A stretch of 64,000 bases of DNA from Gammaproteobacteria bacterium (GTDB taxonomy: Bacteria > Pseudomonadota > Gammaproteobacteria > Ga0077536), in NCBI GenBank assembly GCA_965217605.1, contig CBDCJB010000014.1:12407-76406 (forward strand), written 5' to 3'. Below the pieces are notes generated by a model. The model did no database searches and was not told the DNA's origin. It saw only the letters and a program-made list of their open reading frames with translations. A program made the position numbers and the translations under genes. Below are positions 1-8,942 of this stretch, piece by piece; within the stretch, counting starts at the first letter, position 1, and the number at the start of each line of letters is the position of its first letter.

Positions 1-2
1 CT

Positions 3-107
3 CAGCACAACGCCAACCCTATACCTTTCGCCTGGACCGCAACCGCCGACTCAATCTTGAAAAAACTCGCCCGACTTTCGAAACTTCTTTGCGGGACAGC
101 ACACTAG
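3..107 (+). mobile_element. 3' end of an IS630-family transposase/IS (partial, runs off window start)
   Basis: Frame 3 reads QHNANPIPFAWTATADSILKKLARLSKLLCGTAH*, matching my recollection of IS630 transposase C-termini (HN..P.PF.WT.TAD.IL). It ends in CACTAG, consistent with IS630 TA/CTAG target junctions. Not in the ORF track. Confidence 0.6.
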
Positions 108-139
108 ATTACGTCTGCAATGCTCTCGATAGCGGTCAT
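104..139 (+). repeat. Composite intergenic repeat, copy A0 (right half only)
   Basis: ctagattacgtctgcaatgctctcgatagcggtcat is near-identical to 903-938 of copy A1. The left half is replaced by the IS630 end. Confidence 0.8.
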
Positions 140-217
140 AAACGTCGCCACACTCTCAGGTTGAGCGTCGGTGTAGTGAAGGTTGAGTTCCCGTTCGTTG
201 AGAACCCTGCGGAACTA

Positions 218-406
218 ATGACAGATGTGATATCGGCGAACACAAGAGCCCCAAAATTAGTCGTGTCCGAATTGATGAAGTTCAGCAAGGCGGCATCGTT
301 AAAGGTAGTGACATCACCCGGAAGGGAAATAGAGTGGCCGACGATTATTGATACAATCCTCGCCGCGTGGAAGGCTAAGTTATGGGCTGTCTATGGAGGA
401 TTTTAA
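218..406 (+). CDS. Hypothetical protein
   Basis: ORF directly upstream of the ABM gene. The track start (TTG 89) lies in the IS630 end/repeat, so ATG 218 is preferred. No family motif. Confidence 0.25.
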   Translation: MTDVISANTRAPKLVVSELMKFSKAASLKVVTSPGREIEWPTIIDTILAAWKAKLWAVYGGF

Positions 407-409
407 GCT

Positions 410-739
410 ATGCGCACGGTCGTTTTCCGAACATATCTAGTACAGGAAAATGTCGAGAAGTATTATTCGACGACAAAGAGATTGCAGGAAATTGCTGTTT
501 CTGTACCAGGGTTCATCGCCTTTAAGAACTTTGTCGCTCCTGATGGCGAGGAAATCACCATCGTCGAGTTCGAATCGGAGGAAGCTTTGAAGGCTTGGCG
601 CGATAACGCCGAGCACTTGGCCGCGAGGAAAATAAGCGATCGATTTTTTACGGACTACCGAATCACGACCTTTGGAGAACCGCTACGCGACTACGGGGTT
701 AAGAACGACGAACGCTTCGGAGAAGTAATACCGCGGTAG
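410..739 (+). CDS. Antibiotic biosynthesis monooxygenase (ABM) family protein
   Basis: 109 aa; PGFI..F....DGE.ITIVEFESEEAL.AWR.N.EH..A pattern; GGAGG RBS upstream. Confidence 0.8.
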   Translation: MRTVVFRTYLVQENVEKYYSTTKRLQEIAVSVPGFIAFKNFVAPDGEEITIVEFESEEALKAWRDNAEHLAARKISDRFFTDYRITTFGEPLRDYGVKNDERFGEVIPR

Positions 740-851
740 TGAAAGTTTAAGGTAAATATCCTGTGCCTGCTCAAAACTCAATAAGCGAGGGAGACGTGAG
801 AGTTAAGTATAAAGCGGAGTATGAGGGTCAGGTCCTGCCTTTAGCCACGAT

Positions 852-996
852 GACGGCTATATTGGGTCGTTAGCCGCCTCCTCGCGTCAGCGCAGCACTG
901 TTCTAGATTACGTCGGCAATGCTCTCGTAAGCGGTCGTCGAGGGCGGTTCAGTCGAGCGAGTATGACGAGCAGCGGCTCGCGGCAAGGGCGGACAT
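852..996 (+). repeat. Composite intergenic repeat, copy A1
   Basis: gacggctatattgggtcgttagccgcc...gcagcactgttctagattacgtcggcaatgctctcgtaagcggtcgtcga...cggctcgcggcaagggcggacat; aligns by eye with the other copies. Confidence 0.85.
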
Positions 997-1004
997 GGTG
1001 CGCC

Positions 1005-1032
1005 AAGAAAGAAACCCGCCGAACCGGGTTCC
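1005..1032 (-). terminator. Possible rho-independent terminator
   Basis: Minus strand aacccg-gttcgg-cgggtt followed by tctttctt, just downstream of the 1058 stop. Confidence 0.4.
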
Positions 1033-1057
1033 TCGTTACCAGTAACGTCCTATTCGT

Positions 1058-1885
1058 TTATACGGCTTTACGCCTTTGGAAACCCAATCCTGCGAGTGCA
1101 AATGCCATAAGGGGGAGGATGGTGGGTACGGGGACGAGGGAGGTGACCTGCCCCGGGGTGGCCGAGTCGACATCGTCCACGCCGAAGCTCTGTCCTGCGA
1201 AGTCTCCGACTGGGATACCGAACGTCAACTGGTCGAAGTACTCGGCGCCCGACGTGGCGATGACGCCCCAGAACGTGGCGCTTCCGTTTCCGTTCCCGGG
1301 CGGGAGCGGCAGCGTGAAGACCTGGGGTGGATTCGAGCCCGAGAGCGTGACCGAGACTCCTATGGCGAAGTTGTCGCCAAGGTCCGTGAGCATGGCGCCA
1401 AACGCCGCCTGCGGCGTGGAAAAGGTGAACGTGAGGGAGTGGTCGTTGACAGCCCGTATGCCCTGGCTGCCGGATGTTGCAAAGCGACCGTTGGCTGATC
1501 GCGTCGACGAACCCGCATAGGTCACGATGCTCGACAAACTACCGCCAGTCGCACCGGGTGCGCTCAGCGCCACGGTTCCCCCACCCTCTAGGGCGTACGT
1601 CACGGGCGGTACACCGAAACTGCGAGGGTCGATCACCGTGCCCGCCGCGAAAACTTCGAAGTCCTGGTTCGTCATCCCGGAGAGCAGTGCCCGGAACGCT
1701 GCCTGTGCGTTGTCCGCATTTGGTCGTGGCCTGTCTGGCAGAAACGGCACGGTGGACGCAGATGGGGGGATGAGCTCATCCGCGCCGGAGATGATGATCG
1801 GGGCGGCGAGGGCGCGGGAGATGCTCATGGATACGACGGCCGCGAGAACTGCTGTGACGACAATGCCACTATTGAGGGGTGACAT
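1058..1885 (-). CDS. Secreted protein with PEP-CTERM/VPLPA-CTERM-type sorting tail
   Basis: Signal peptide (MSPLNSGIVVTAVLAAVV...ALA); C-terminus VPVPTILPLMAFALAGLGFQRRKAV (VPxP + TM + basic tail). Start moved to ATG 1885. Confidence 0.75.
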   Translation of the reverse strand: MSPLNSGIVVTAVLAAVVSMSISRALAAPIIISGADELIPPSASTVPFLPDRPRPNADNAQAAFRALLSGMTNQDFEVFAAGTVIDPRSFGVPPVTYALEGGGTVALSAPGATGGSLSSIVTYAGSSTRSANGRFATSGSQGIRAVNDHSLTFTFSTPQAAFGAMLTDLGDNFAIGVSVTLSGSNPPQVFTLPLPPGNGNGSATFWGVIATSGAEYFDQLTFGIPVGDFAGQSFGVDDVDSATPGQVTSLVPVPTILPLMAFALAGLGFQRRKAV

Positions 1886-2076
1886 GCCTGGAACTCCGCG
1901 TTGTGTGGTCGCCGCACTCTGGCGGGCGGGGCTCGCTGCAAAGGATGCACAATTTCTCATGGGAGAAATGCTCCTGCGGTGATCGCTACAGATCAAAAAA
2001 ACCGAGCGAAGTACCTATATAAATAATAGTGGCACGAGTTGACACTTTTGGCCCAGTAAAATTGGGGCACGGCACA

Positions 2077-2289
2077 ATGAATAACGATTCGGAAGGGTTT
2101 CGTGCACTGCACAAAACCTTGGATGACGCCACCGAAACTCTGGCTGCCATCATCAGTATTACCAGGAGCGGCGAGACACCTCCCGACTCGTTAATGGAGG
2201 CTGCTGACAAGACGGTAGACCAGATGATGGAGTGGTGCAAAACGCCAGGCAATCTATCGCGGATGTCTGCAAAGGGTCGATACTGTTGA
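2077..2289 (+). CDS. Hypothetical protein; 3' end runs into a repeat unit and MITE
   Basis: Helical-looking ORF MNNDSEGFRALHK...; the stop is supplied by the MITE left end. Confidence 0.35.
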   Translation: MNNDSEGFRALHKTLDDATETLAAIISITRSGETPPDSLMEAADKTVDQMMEWCKTPGNLSRMSAKGRYC

Positions 2290-2436
2290 AAAACTCGCCC
2301 GGCAGAAGTTTTCAATAAATGTGGGCGTCGTCAAACCATTACCGAAGTACCGATCGCCGCTTACAGGCGATCCTGTGCGGTCGTTTTTTCGCGCACCTCG
2401 CTATCGGCGAGCGGAGTGGAGTTTTTCAACAGTATC
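2279..2436. mobile_element. MITE 1 (158 bp, IS1182-like ends)
   Basis: Perfect 18-bp terminal inverted repeats gatactgttgaaaaactc (2279-2296) / gagtttttcaacagtatc (2419-2436); no internal transposase. Confidence 0.7.
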
Positions 2437-2553
2437 ACCTCAATAGCGGTCGCTCGCAGTAGTGCAGCTTTTCCGTTGACTCGACCCGCTGAAAACTTCG
2501 TATCCCTGGCCTAAGCTATAACGGTCTTTCACTACCCCATCTGCGGAGGCCAA

Positions 2554-3948
2554 ATGTCGACGATCTACGACGCTATCATCATCGGTGCCGGCCAGGCCGG
2601 CCCGCCGCTCGCCGAGCGCCTCGGAAAGGCTGGGTTGAGGACGGCGCTCGTCGAGCGGCATCTGCTCGGCGGCACCTGCGTGAATGTGGGCTGCATCCCA
2701 ACGAAGACTCTGGTGGGCAGCGCGCGCGTAGCGTGGCAGGCGCGGCAGGCCGCGGAGTTCGGCGTCGTGATCGACTCACCGGTGACGGTCGACATGGCGC
2801 GGGTGAAAGCACGCAAGGACGAAGTGTCTGGCGCCTCGAATGCAGGTGTCACGGCCTGGGTTGATGGCATGGAGAACGTGACTTTGGTTCGCGGTCATGC
2901 GCGCTTTACCGGTCCGCACTCGGTCGAGGTGGAAGGCCAGACGCTGACGGGCGAACGCATTTTTATCGACGTGGGCGCCCGCGCACGTGTGCCGGACTTC
3001 CCCGGCATCGACCAAATTGATTACCTCACAAATTCGAGCATGATGGAGGTCGACTTTCTACCAGAGCATCTGCTCATCGTCGGCGGCAGTTACATCGGTC
3101 TCGAATTCGCCCAGATGTACCGGCGCTTCGGCTCGCAAGTCACCGTCATCGAGATGCAGGATCGCCTGATCGCGCGCGAGGACGAGGACGTCTCCGCCGG
3201 CGTTAGGGAGATCCTCGAGGGCGAAGGCGTGGCGTTACGTTTGAACGCCGAGTGCATCGGCTTTGAGAAGGGCCCCATGGGCGTGCGCATGAACGTCGAC
3301 TGTGACAAGGATTCGACGCCGCTCGACGGCAGCCACGTGCTGATCGCGGTAGGGCGGGTGCCGAATACCCATGACCTCGGCCTCGAACAGGCCGGCGTTG
3401 ACACCGACGAACGTGGGTTCATTCACGTCGATGATGAGCTGCGTACCAGCGCCGAGGGAATCTGGGCGCTGGGCGAGGTGAACGCCCGCGGTGCCTTCAC
3501 GCACACGTCATACAACGACTTCGAGATCGTGGCGGCGAACCTGTTAGATGAGGTCCAACGCCGGCTGTGTGATCGCATTCCCTGCTACGGGTTATTCATC
3601 GATCCGCCGCTCAGCCGCATTGGCATGACAGAGGGCGAGGTGCGTAAATCTGGTCGCACGGCGTTGATCGGCAAACGACCCATGGCGCGCGTCGGGCGTG
3701 CGCGCGAATTCGGCGAGACCCGCGGCTTCATGAAAATACTGGTGGACGCGCAGACGCAGGAGATCCTCGGCGCCTCAATCCTGGGACTGAGTGGCGACGA
3801 GGTGGTGCACTCGCTTCTGGACGTGATGTACGCGAAACAGGCCTACACGACGATCTCGAGGGCCGTGCACATCCATCCGACGGTCACCGAGCTCGTCCCG
3901 ACTGTGCTACAGGGGCTCGCGCCACTCGAAAAGGAGCTGCTGGAATAG
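2554..3948 (+). CDS. FAD-dependent pyridine nucleotide-disulfide oxidoreductase (MerA/RclA-like)
   Basis: GAGQAG FAD motif, GGTCVNVGCIP redox disulfide, GGSYIGLE NAD motif, HIHPT C-terminal motif; no C-terminal Cys pair. Confidence 0.9.
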   Translation: MSTIYDAIIIGAGQAGPPLAERLGKAGLRTALVERHLLGGTCVNVGCIPTKTLVGSARVAWQARQAAEFGVVIDSPVTVDMARVKARKDEVSGASNAGVTAWVDGMENVTLVRGHARFTGPHSVEVEGQTLTGERIFIDVGARARVPDFPGIDQIDYLTNSSMMEVDFLPEHLLIVGGSYIGLEFAQMYRRFGSQVTVIEMQDRLIAREDEDVSAGVREILEGEGVALRLNAECIGFEKGPMGVRMNVDCDKDSTPLDGSHVLIAVGRVPNTHDLGLEQAGVDTDERGFIHVDDELRTSAEGIWALGEVNARGAFTHTSYNDFEIVAANLLDEVQRRLCDRIPCYGLFIDPPLSRIGMTEGEVRKSGRTALIGKRPMARVGRAREFGETRGFMKILVDAQTQEILGASILGLSGDEVVHSLLDVMYAKQAYTTISRAVHIHPTVTELVPTVLQGLAPLEKELLE

Positions 3949-4105
3949 GAAACGCCCGTCACCAAAGTTCAATTTCGATCTACAGGGCCGAGCGCCTATT
4001 TGGAAGGCGACAGTAGGATCGATGTCAGGTTCTGCCATTTTTTCACACGATCGGAAAAGGCAAGACCTGAACACCCGAGTTGCGTATGCGCCGAACGAGA
4101 GTTAT

Positions 4106-4192
4106 GAGTGCTGTGGGTCGGTAGCCGCCCTATCGCGGCAGTGCAACACGGCTCAGAATGGCGTCTGTAATCCCCTTGGAAGCGGTCGTCCG
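4106..4192 (+). repeat. Composite intergenic repeat, copy A2
   Basis: gggtcggtagccgccctatcgcggcagtgcaacac...gcgtctgtaatccccttggaagcggtcgtc. Confidence 0.8.
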
Positions 4193-4200
4193 TTTGGTTT

Positions 4201-4342
4201 AAATGCTGTTCCGACGATGAGCGGTGGCCGCTGTTGAGCGCTGCTTATCCCAAGCGTTATATGCTTAAAAGAAACCGAGAACGAAGCAATTGACATTACC
4301 CGACGATATAGACGACGAAAAGCTGGCTGAGATTGCGCTCGC
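4201..4342 (+). repeat. 142-bp direct repeat of 16132-16273 (leader plus truncated 5' end of the DUF6429-like gene)
   Basis: Manual alignment shows 3 mismatches in 142 bp. The copy breaks off after codons LTLPDDIDDEKLAEIALA. Confidence 0.9.
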
Positions 4343-4429
4343 GGTTAACCGCGCGGGGTTCTGATTTGCTACGCTTACAGAACTGCCCTCGGGTTAGCAT
4401 CCAATAAAACGATGTCGGGAGATCGGACC

Positions 4430-6295
4430 ATGAGAAATCTGCACCTGTTACCGCTGTTTGGAATCCTCTTCGCGTCGCTCGCCACGTACGCTGATCCCAG
4501 AGCCGAAGAGTCGAAAGGACTGGACGGTGCCGCGCTGTACGCCGAACACTGTATCGAATGCCACGGGCGCGCCACAATTTCCCCATCGTTGCCCGCAATG
4601 TCGAACATGACCGCCGAGGAAATTCACAAGGAACTGTGGTTCGGCGTCATGGCGCAGTTCGTCAATGGCTTGGACGACGCGAAGCGATGGACCATAGCCA
4701 AGTGGATCGCGGAGCACAAACCCGAAAAGGGCACACGCGGTCCCGGCGTGGCCATGTGCAAAGACAAGACGCCGCTGGTACCCGATGCGGCGCATGACTG
4801 GCCTGGACTGTCGAACGACAACCGGTACAACCGGCATGTGACCAATGCGCAGTTCACCGCTGCGGGGTTAGCGAACCTCAAGGTCAAGTGGGCCGTGGCC
4901 TTCCCGCAGGTCCACGCGTTCAAGGGTGGCGGGCACCCGGTCGCCGTCGTGGGCGACCGCATCTTCGTGGGGAATCTCAATCAATGGGTCTATTCGCTCG
5001 ATGCGGACACCGGCTGTGCCCACTGGGCATTTCGCGCGGAATGGCGGATCCGATCGAACGTCGCGGTGTCCGACGGTATCGCCGTGTTCGGCGATACGGC
5101 GGCCAACGTCTACGCCGTAGATGCGGAAACGGGCCAATTGCTGTGGCGTGACCGGGCCGATTGGACGCCGACCTCACGCATTACGGGCAATGTGACGACA
5201 CATAACGGTATGGTTTACGTGCCCGTGTCCTCCTTCCAAGAAGTGCTCAATATTGGCAAGAATAAGGAATACCCGTGCTGTACGTTTCGCGGCAGCATCG
5301 TTGCCTATGACCTGCGTACCGGCGAGCGCAAGTGGAAGTCCTATACCATCGACAAGGAGTTCGGGTATCTGGGCACGACGAAAGCCGGCACGAACCGTTA
5401 TGGTCCCTCGGGGGTCGTGGTGTTCTCGGCGGTCACGGTCGACGACAAGCGCGGCCTGCTCTACGTACCAACCGGTAACCAGATGACCGAGCCGGTCGTG
5501 CCCGAATCCGACTCCGTGATCGCGTTCGACATGAAAACGGGCGCCAAGCGCTGGGTGACTTCACTGGCGCCTGAGCAAATGGGCGGTGAGGACGTCTACC
5601 ATCTAGGCTGCGAAAAGTGGGTCGATCCCGAACAGAAAACCTGTTCACCGGTCAACCCGGAAGGACACGGTGACCGGGATATCGTGTCGCCCGCGGTCCT
5701 GGTGGAACGCTCGGACGGCAAGGAGATCATCGTGACCGGATCCAAGGACGGCATGCTTTACGGCCTGGATCCGGATGACAACGGCAAAGTCCTGTGGCAG
5801 ATCCGCGTCGGTAAAGGCGGAGAGCTCGGCGGCATCCAATGGGGATTCTCGAGCGACGGCAAAAACGCCTATGTACCCGTCATCGATATGGATTTGGACT
5901 GGAAGGCGAACGGATCCTTCACGGCGGTCGATCTGCTGACCGGTAAATCCGTATGGCGTATACAGGATATGAAGCCTGATTGTGAAGGTAAGACGACAGC
6001 GTCGTGCAGCAATGCGTTCAGCTTGCCCAGTACCGTGGCGGGCGGGCTCGTTTTCACCGGGACCGGTGACGGCGTGCTGCGCGCTTACGATACCGCGACC
6101 GGCAAGCCGGTGTGGACGTTCGATACGGTGCGCGAATATGAAACGGTGAACGGTCGCAAAGGCTTCGGTGGCGGGCTCGGCTCGTTCGGAGGGCCGGTCA
6201 TCGTGAAAAACCGGTTATACGTTTCATCCGGCATGGATCAGTTCAATATCGGGCTGCCCGGCAACGTAGTGATCGCGTTCGAGATCCCCGAATAA
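4430..6295 (+). CDS. Quinohemoprotein (cytochrome c + PQQ beta-propeller) dehydrogenase, polyvinyl-alcohol dehydrogenase-like
   Basis: Signal peptide, CIECH heme-c motif, repeated Trp-docking motifs (vyavDa.TG..lW), CCTFRGS motif typical of the PVA-DH family. Confidence 0.8.
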   Translation: MRNLHLLPLFGILFASLATYADPRAEESKGLDGAALYAEHCIECHGRATISPSLPAMSNMTAEEIHKELWFGVMAQFVNGLDDAKRWTIAKWIAEHKPEKGTRGPGVAMCKDKTPLVPDAAHDWPGLSNDNRYNRHVTNAQFTAAGLANLKVKWAVAFPQVHAFKGGGHPVAVVGDRIFVGNLNQWVYSLDADTGCAHWAFRAEWRIRSNVAVSDGIAVFGDTAANVYAVDAETGQLLWRDRADWTPTSRITGNVTTHNGMVYVPVSSFQEVLNIGKNKEYPCCTFRGSIVAYDLRTGERKWKSYTIDKEFGYLGTTKAGTNRYGPSGVVVFSAVTVDDKRGLLYVPTGNQMTEPVVPESDSVIAFDMKTGAKRWVTSLAPEQMGGEDVYHLGCEKWVDPEQKTCSPVNPEGHGDRDIVSPAVLVERSDGKEIIVTGSKDGMLYGLDPDDNGKVLWQIRVGKGGELGGIQWGFSSDGKNAYVPVIDMDLDWKANGSFTAVDLLTGKSVWRIQDMKPDCEGKTTASCSNAFSLPSTVAGGLVFTGTGDGVLRAYDTATGKPVWTFDTVREYETVNGRKGFGGGLGSFGGPVIVKNRLYVSSGMDQFNIGLPGNVVIAFEIPE

Positions 6296-6345
6296 GGGTA
6301 CCGTGACGGCGATTAGATCGGAGGACGTCATACAAAGCAGGACAC

Positions 6346-6475
6346 ACTAGCTATATAGGGTCATCAACGGCCTCATCGCGGCAGTGCAGTACTGATTTAG
6401 ATTACATCCGCAATACTTTCAGAAGGTCGTCCAACAGCGTTCAGTCGAGTGTTAACCGAGCACTTCGGCTTCAGA
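6346..6475 (+). repeat. Composite intergenic repeat, copy A3 (continues at 6639-6648 and 9833-9840 after insertions)
   Basis: actagctatatagggtcatcaacggcctcatcgcggcagtgcagtactgatttagattacatccgcaat...cacttcggcttc. Removing MITE 2 and the IS3 restores ggccaaaagcggacgtc. Confidence 0.8.
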
Positions 6476-6638
6476 CCGAGGCTGTGTGAAAACTATTTGC
6501 GGATTTGAAAAGTGGGAAGGCCATGATCCTATGTGATCGATTTCGGCAGCTTGATCCCTAAAACATCTGAATAGAGCAACACAAGTGGGGAAAATTTTCA
6601 TCGCATGACGCTTTTTCGGAGTTTTCACACAGCCTCGG
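6476..6638. mobile_element. MITE 2 (163 bp, IS1182-like ends)
   Basis: Perfect 19-bp terminal inverted repeats ccgaggctgtgtgaaaact (6476-6494) / agttttcacacagcctcgg (6620-6638). Confidence 0.75.
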
Positions 6639-7025
6639 CCAAAAGCGGTGGAGTTGACCCGCTTTCGTGGATACCTGACCCTTTTAGAAGGAGGATGCCA
6701 CGATGCCCAAAACACGAACTGCCTATCCACCGGCCTTCCGGCAACCGATGATCGAACGGGTACGGGCGGGCCGCAGCCCGGAAGACCTGGCACGCGAGTT
6801 TGAGCCGACCGCACAGACCGTACGCAACTGGGTCGCGCAGGCCGACCGTGATGAAGGTCGCCGCAACGACGGTCTGACCACTGCCGAACGCGAAGAACTG
6901 CGGCGTCTGCGTCGGGAGAATCGGCGGCTACGTGAGGAACGGGAGATCCTTTCAAAAGGGAATTATAACTATCTCTTGACTTTTCTGCTTGAATCCACTA
7001 TCCTTACAGTTAGTTAAGGAGATCG

Positions 7026-7961
7026 ATGATGGCACACACGGCACCCGGCAAATCCTCCCGCGAAGGCATCACTCTGATGCAGCTTTGTGACATGTTCCCT
7101 GATGAAGATTCAGCCCGCGAGTGGTTCGAGTCCCGCATTTGGCCTGATGGTCGCTACTGCCCTCGTTGTGGGAGCATAAAGACTCATGAAGCGGGCCATA
7201 ACGATATGCCCTATCGGTGCTCGGATTGTCGTTCCTACTTCTCGGTCAAAACTGGCTCCGTCATGGGCAATTCGCATCTCCCGTTGCGCAAGTGGGTATT
7301 CGCCATCTACCTTCATTTGACCAGCCTCAAGGGCATATCGAGCATGAAGCTTCACCGTGATATCGGTATCCCTCAAAAAACCGCATGGTTCATGCTTCAG
7401 CGTATTCGTAAGGCCTGGGAAAGCAAGGAGCCGCTTTTCGCCGGACCTTTGGAAATTGACGAAACCTACTTTGGCGGACGCGAGACAAACAAGCACGAAT
7501 CAAAGAAACGGCACGCTGGCCGTGGAACTGCTGGCAAGGCTACTGTTATCGGTGCGAAAGACCGCAAGACCGGCAAGGTCAAGGCCGAGGTCATCAAAGG
7601 CACCGACAAGCGTACCCTGCAAAGCTTCGTCGTTGCTGCCGCCATTACTGGCGCAACGGTCTACACCGATGACCATAAGAGCTATCAAGGGCTACCGTTC
7701 GAGCATGAGACGGTCAAGCACTCCATCAGCGAGTACGTCCGCGACCAGGCTCACACAAACGGCATAGAGTCATTCTGGGCGATGCTGAAACGTGGCTACC
7801 ACGGCACCTACCATCACATGAGCCCGAAACACCTACAGCGCTACGTCAACGAATTTGCAGGCCGCTATGGCGTGCGTGAACTGGATACCGCCGATCAGAT
7901 GGGTGCCGTGGCGCGACGAATGGCTTATAAGCGGTTAAGTTACAAAGAATTAATCGCTTAA
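7026..7961 (+). CDS. IS1595-family (ISXO2-like) DDE transposase
   Basis: N-terminal Zn ribbon CPRC...YRCSDC; EIDETYFG, VYTDD, HTNGIESFW motifs. Confidence 0.95.
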   Translation: MMAHTAPGKSSREGITLMQLCDMFPDEDSAREWFESRIWPDGRYCPRCGSIKTHEAGHNDMPYRCSDCRSYFSVKTGSVMGNSHLPLRKWVFAIYLHLTSLKGISSMKLHRDIGIPQKTAWFMLQRIRKAWESKEPLFAGPLEIDETYFGGRETNKHESKKRHAGRGTAGKATVIGAKDRKTGKVKAEVIKGTDKRTLQSFVVAAAITGATVYTDDHKSYQGLPFEHETVKHSISEYVRDQAHTNGIESFWAMLKRGYHGTYHHMSPKHLQRYVNEFAGRYGVRELDTADQMGAVARRMAYKRLSYKELIA

Positions 7962-8503
7962 GATTGAGCCGTAAGATCTCGTGCATATCTTGCTTGGCTA
8001 AAAAAATGAATCAATATCCTTCGACACAAGCAGACTTTAGGGTGTTGATCCCGATCCCCCAATGAACGCAATATTTCAAAATGACACATTGCATCGAGAA
8101 GCCGAAGAATGGGCGGTTCGTTAGACTCAATCTGAAGCCTGCTCTTTATCAAATCTTCATATTCGGCGTCTTCGAGGTCTCTCCCAAGCGGGAATTGTTG
8201 TTCCAGAAAAATAAATTGCCGGCTTAGGTCGGCATGTAAATTAGCTTGGCGTGTGGTCCCCATAGCAATATCGATCGCGCTCATCAACGCTACGATGCAT
8301 CCGGCGATTAATGGGAGAGCGCTCCCAAACCCCTCGGCTTGAACTAATAACGCGGTTACTGCGGACGAGCTACCGAGCATCGCGACAATAATCGTAGTTA
8401 CATTCCATCCCTCGTAAAATCGGCGGCGGTGGGTGTGATAACGAACAGACCTTCGAATACTAAAAAGGAGCTTATATGTTCTGTCTTCGTCGTCAGGAGT
8501 CAT
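7958..8503 (-). CDS. Two-TM protein, SLATT-like (IS passenger)
   Basis: RSVRYH..RRRFY, then two hydrophobic helices, then A.LH..L.RQF..LE helical tail. Resembles SLATT effector architecture. Confidence 0.5.
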   Translation of the reverse strand: MTPDDEDRTYKLLFSIRRSVRYHTHRRRFYEGWNVTTIIVAMLGSSSAVTALLVQAEGFGSALPLIAGCIVALMSAIDIAMGTTRQANLHADLSRQFIFLEQQFPLGRDLEDAEYEDLIKSRLQIESNEPPILRLLDAMCHFEILRSLGDRDQHPKVCLCRRILIHFFSQARYARDLTAQS

Positions 8504-8681
8504 CTTCTTTAGTAGGTTTCGGCCCCGGCTTTGTGGGTTCTAGCGTTTCTGAAACATCATCGACCAGATCTTCCACGTTAGAAAAAGGGGTTCTTTTCTC
8601 GTCGTGGAATGTTTCTCTGTCACGTAATGGTTTTGGTGGCTTTGGACGCGTCTTTTCATCATCGCGTGGTTTATTAGGCAT
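8493..8681 (-). CDS. Small Pro/Lys/Asp-rich hypothetical protein (IS passenger)
   Basis: 62 aa with RBS-like ggagaagg upstream; overlaps the start of the SLATT-like gene by 11 nt. Confidence 0.45.
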   Translation of the reverse strand: MPNKPRDDEKTRPKPPKPLRDRETFHDEKRTPFSNVEDLVDDVSETLEPTKPGPKPTKEDDS

Positions 8682-8942
8682 GGCCTTCTCCTATTAGAGT
8701 AGGAGATCCTTGACCTAACTTCTTCGGGGCGATACGATCTGCCCCGCTTGTGGAAAGCAAGTGTCAAGAACCTCCTGTCAGAAGATTCTTAGAAAGGTCA
8801 GCGGCAATGCTGGCCTTTCCGCGTTTAGGGCCTGGATTCTAACAGAGCCGAATAACTGAACATCAAGAGATAGTTATAATTCCCTTTCAAAAGCCACGGT
8901 CTGGTTCGCTCGGGAGACCGATTCGAGGAAATCTTCGCGTTC

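Larger units (their letters stand above)
6958..8884 (+). mobile_element. IS1595-family element (1927 bp) with passenger genes
   Basis: Perfect 22-bp IRs gggaattataactatctcttga (6958-6979) / 8863-8884; 8-bp target duplication tttcaaaa (6950-6957, 8885-8892). Confidence 0.95.

Noticed and set aside
2554-3948. merA (mercuric reductase)
   Set aside because: No N-terminal metal-binding domain, no C-terminal Cys-Cys pair, and no mer operon genes nearby.
4022-4076. gtcaggttctgcc...ggcaagacctgaac hairpin (similar motif at ~826) as a RAYT-type REP
   Set aside because: Only two or three weak copies and no RAYT gene in the window.
6330-6350. caggacacactag as a second IS630 end
   Set aside because: ACTAG is part of the repeat itself (compare copy A4) and no transposase remnant precedes it.
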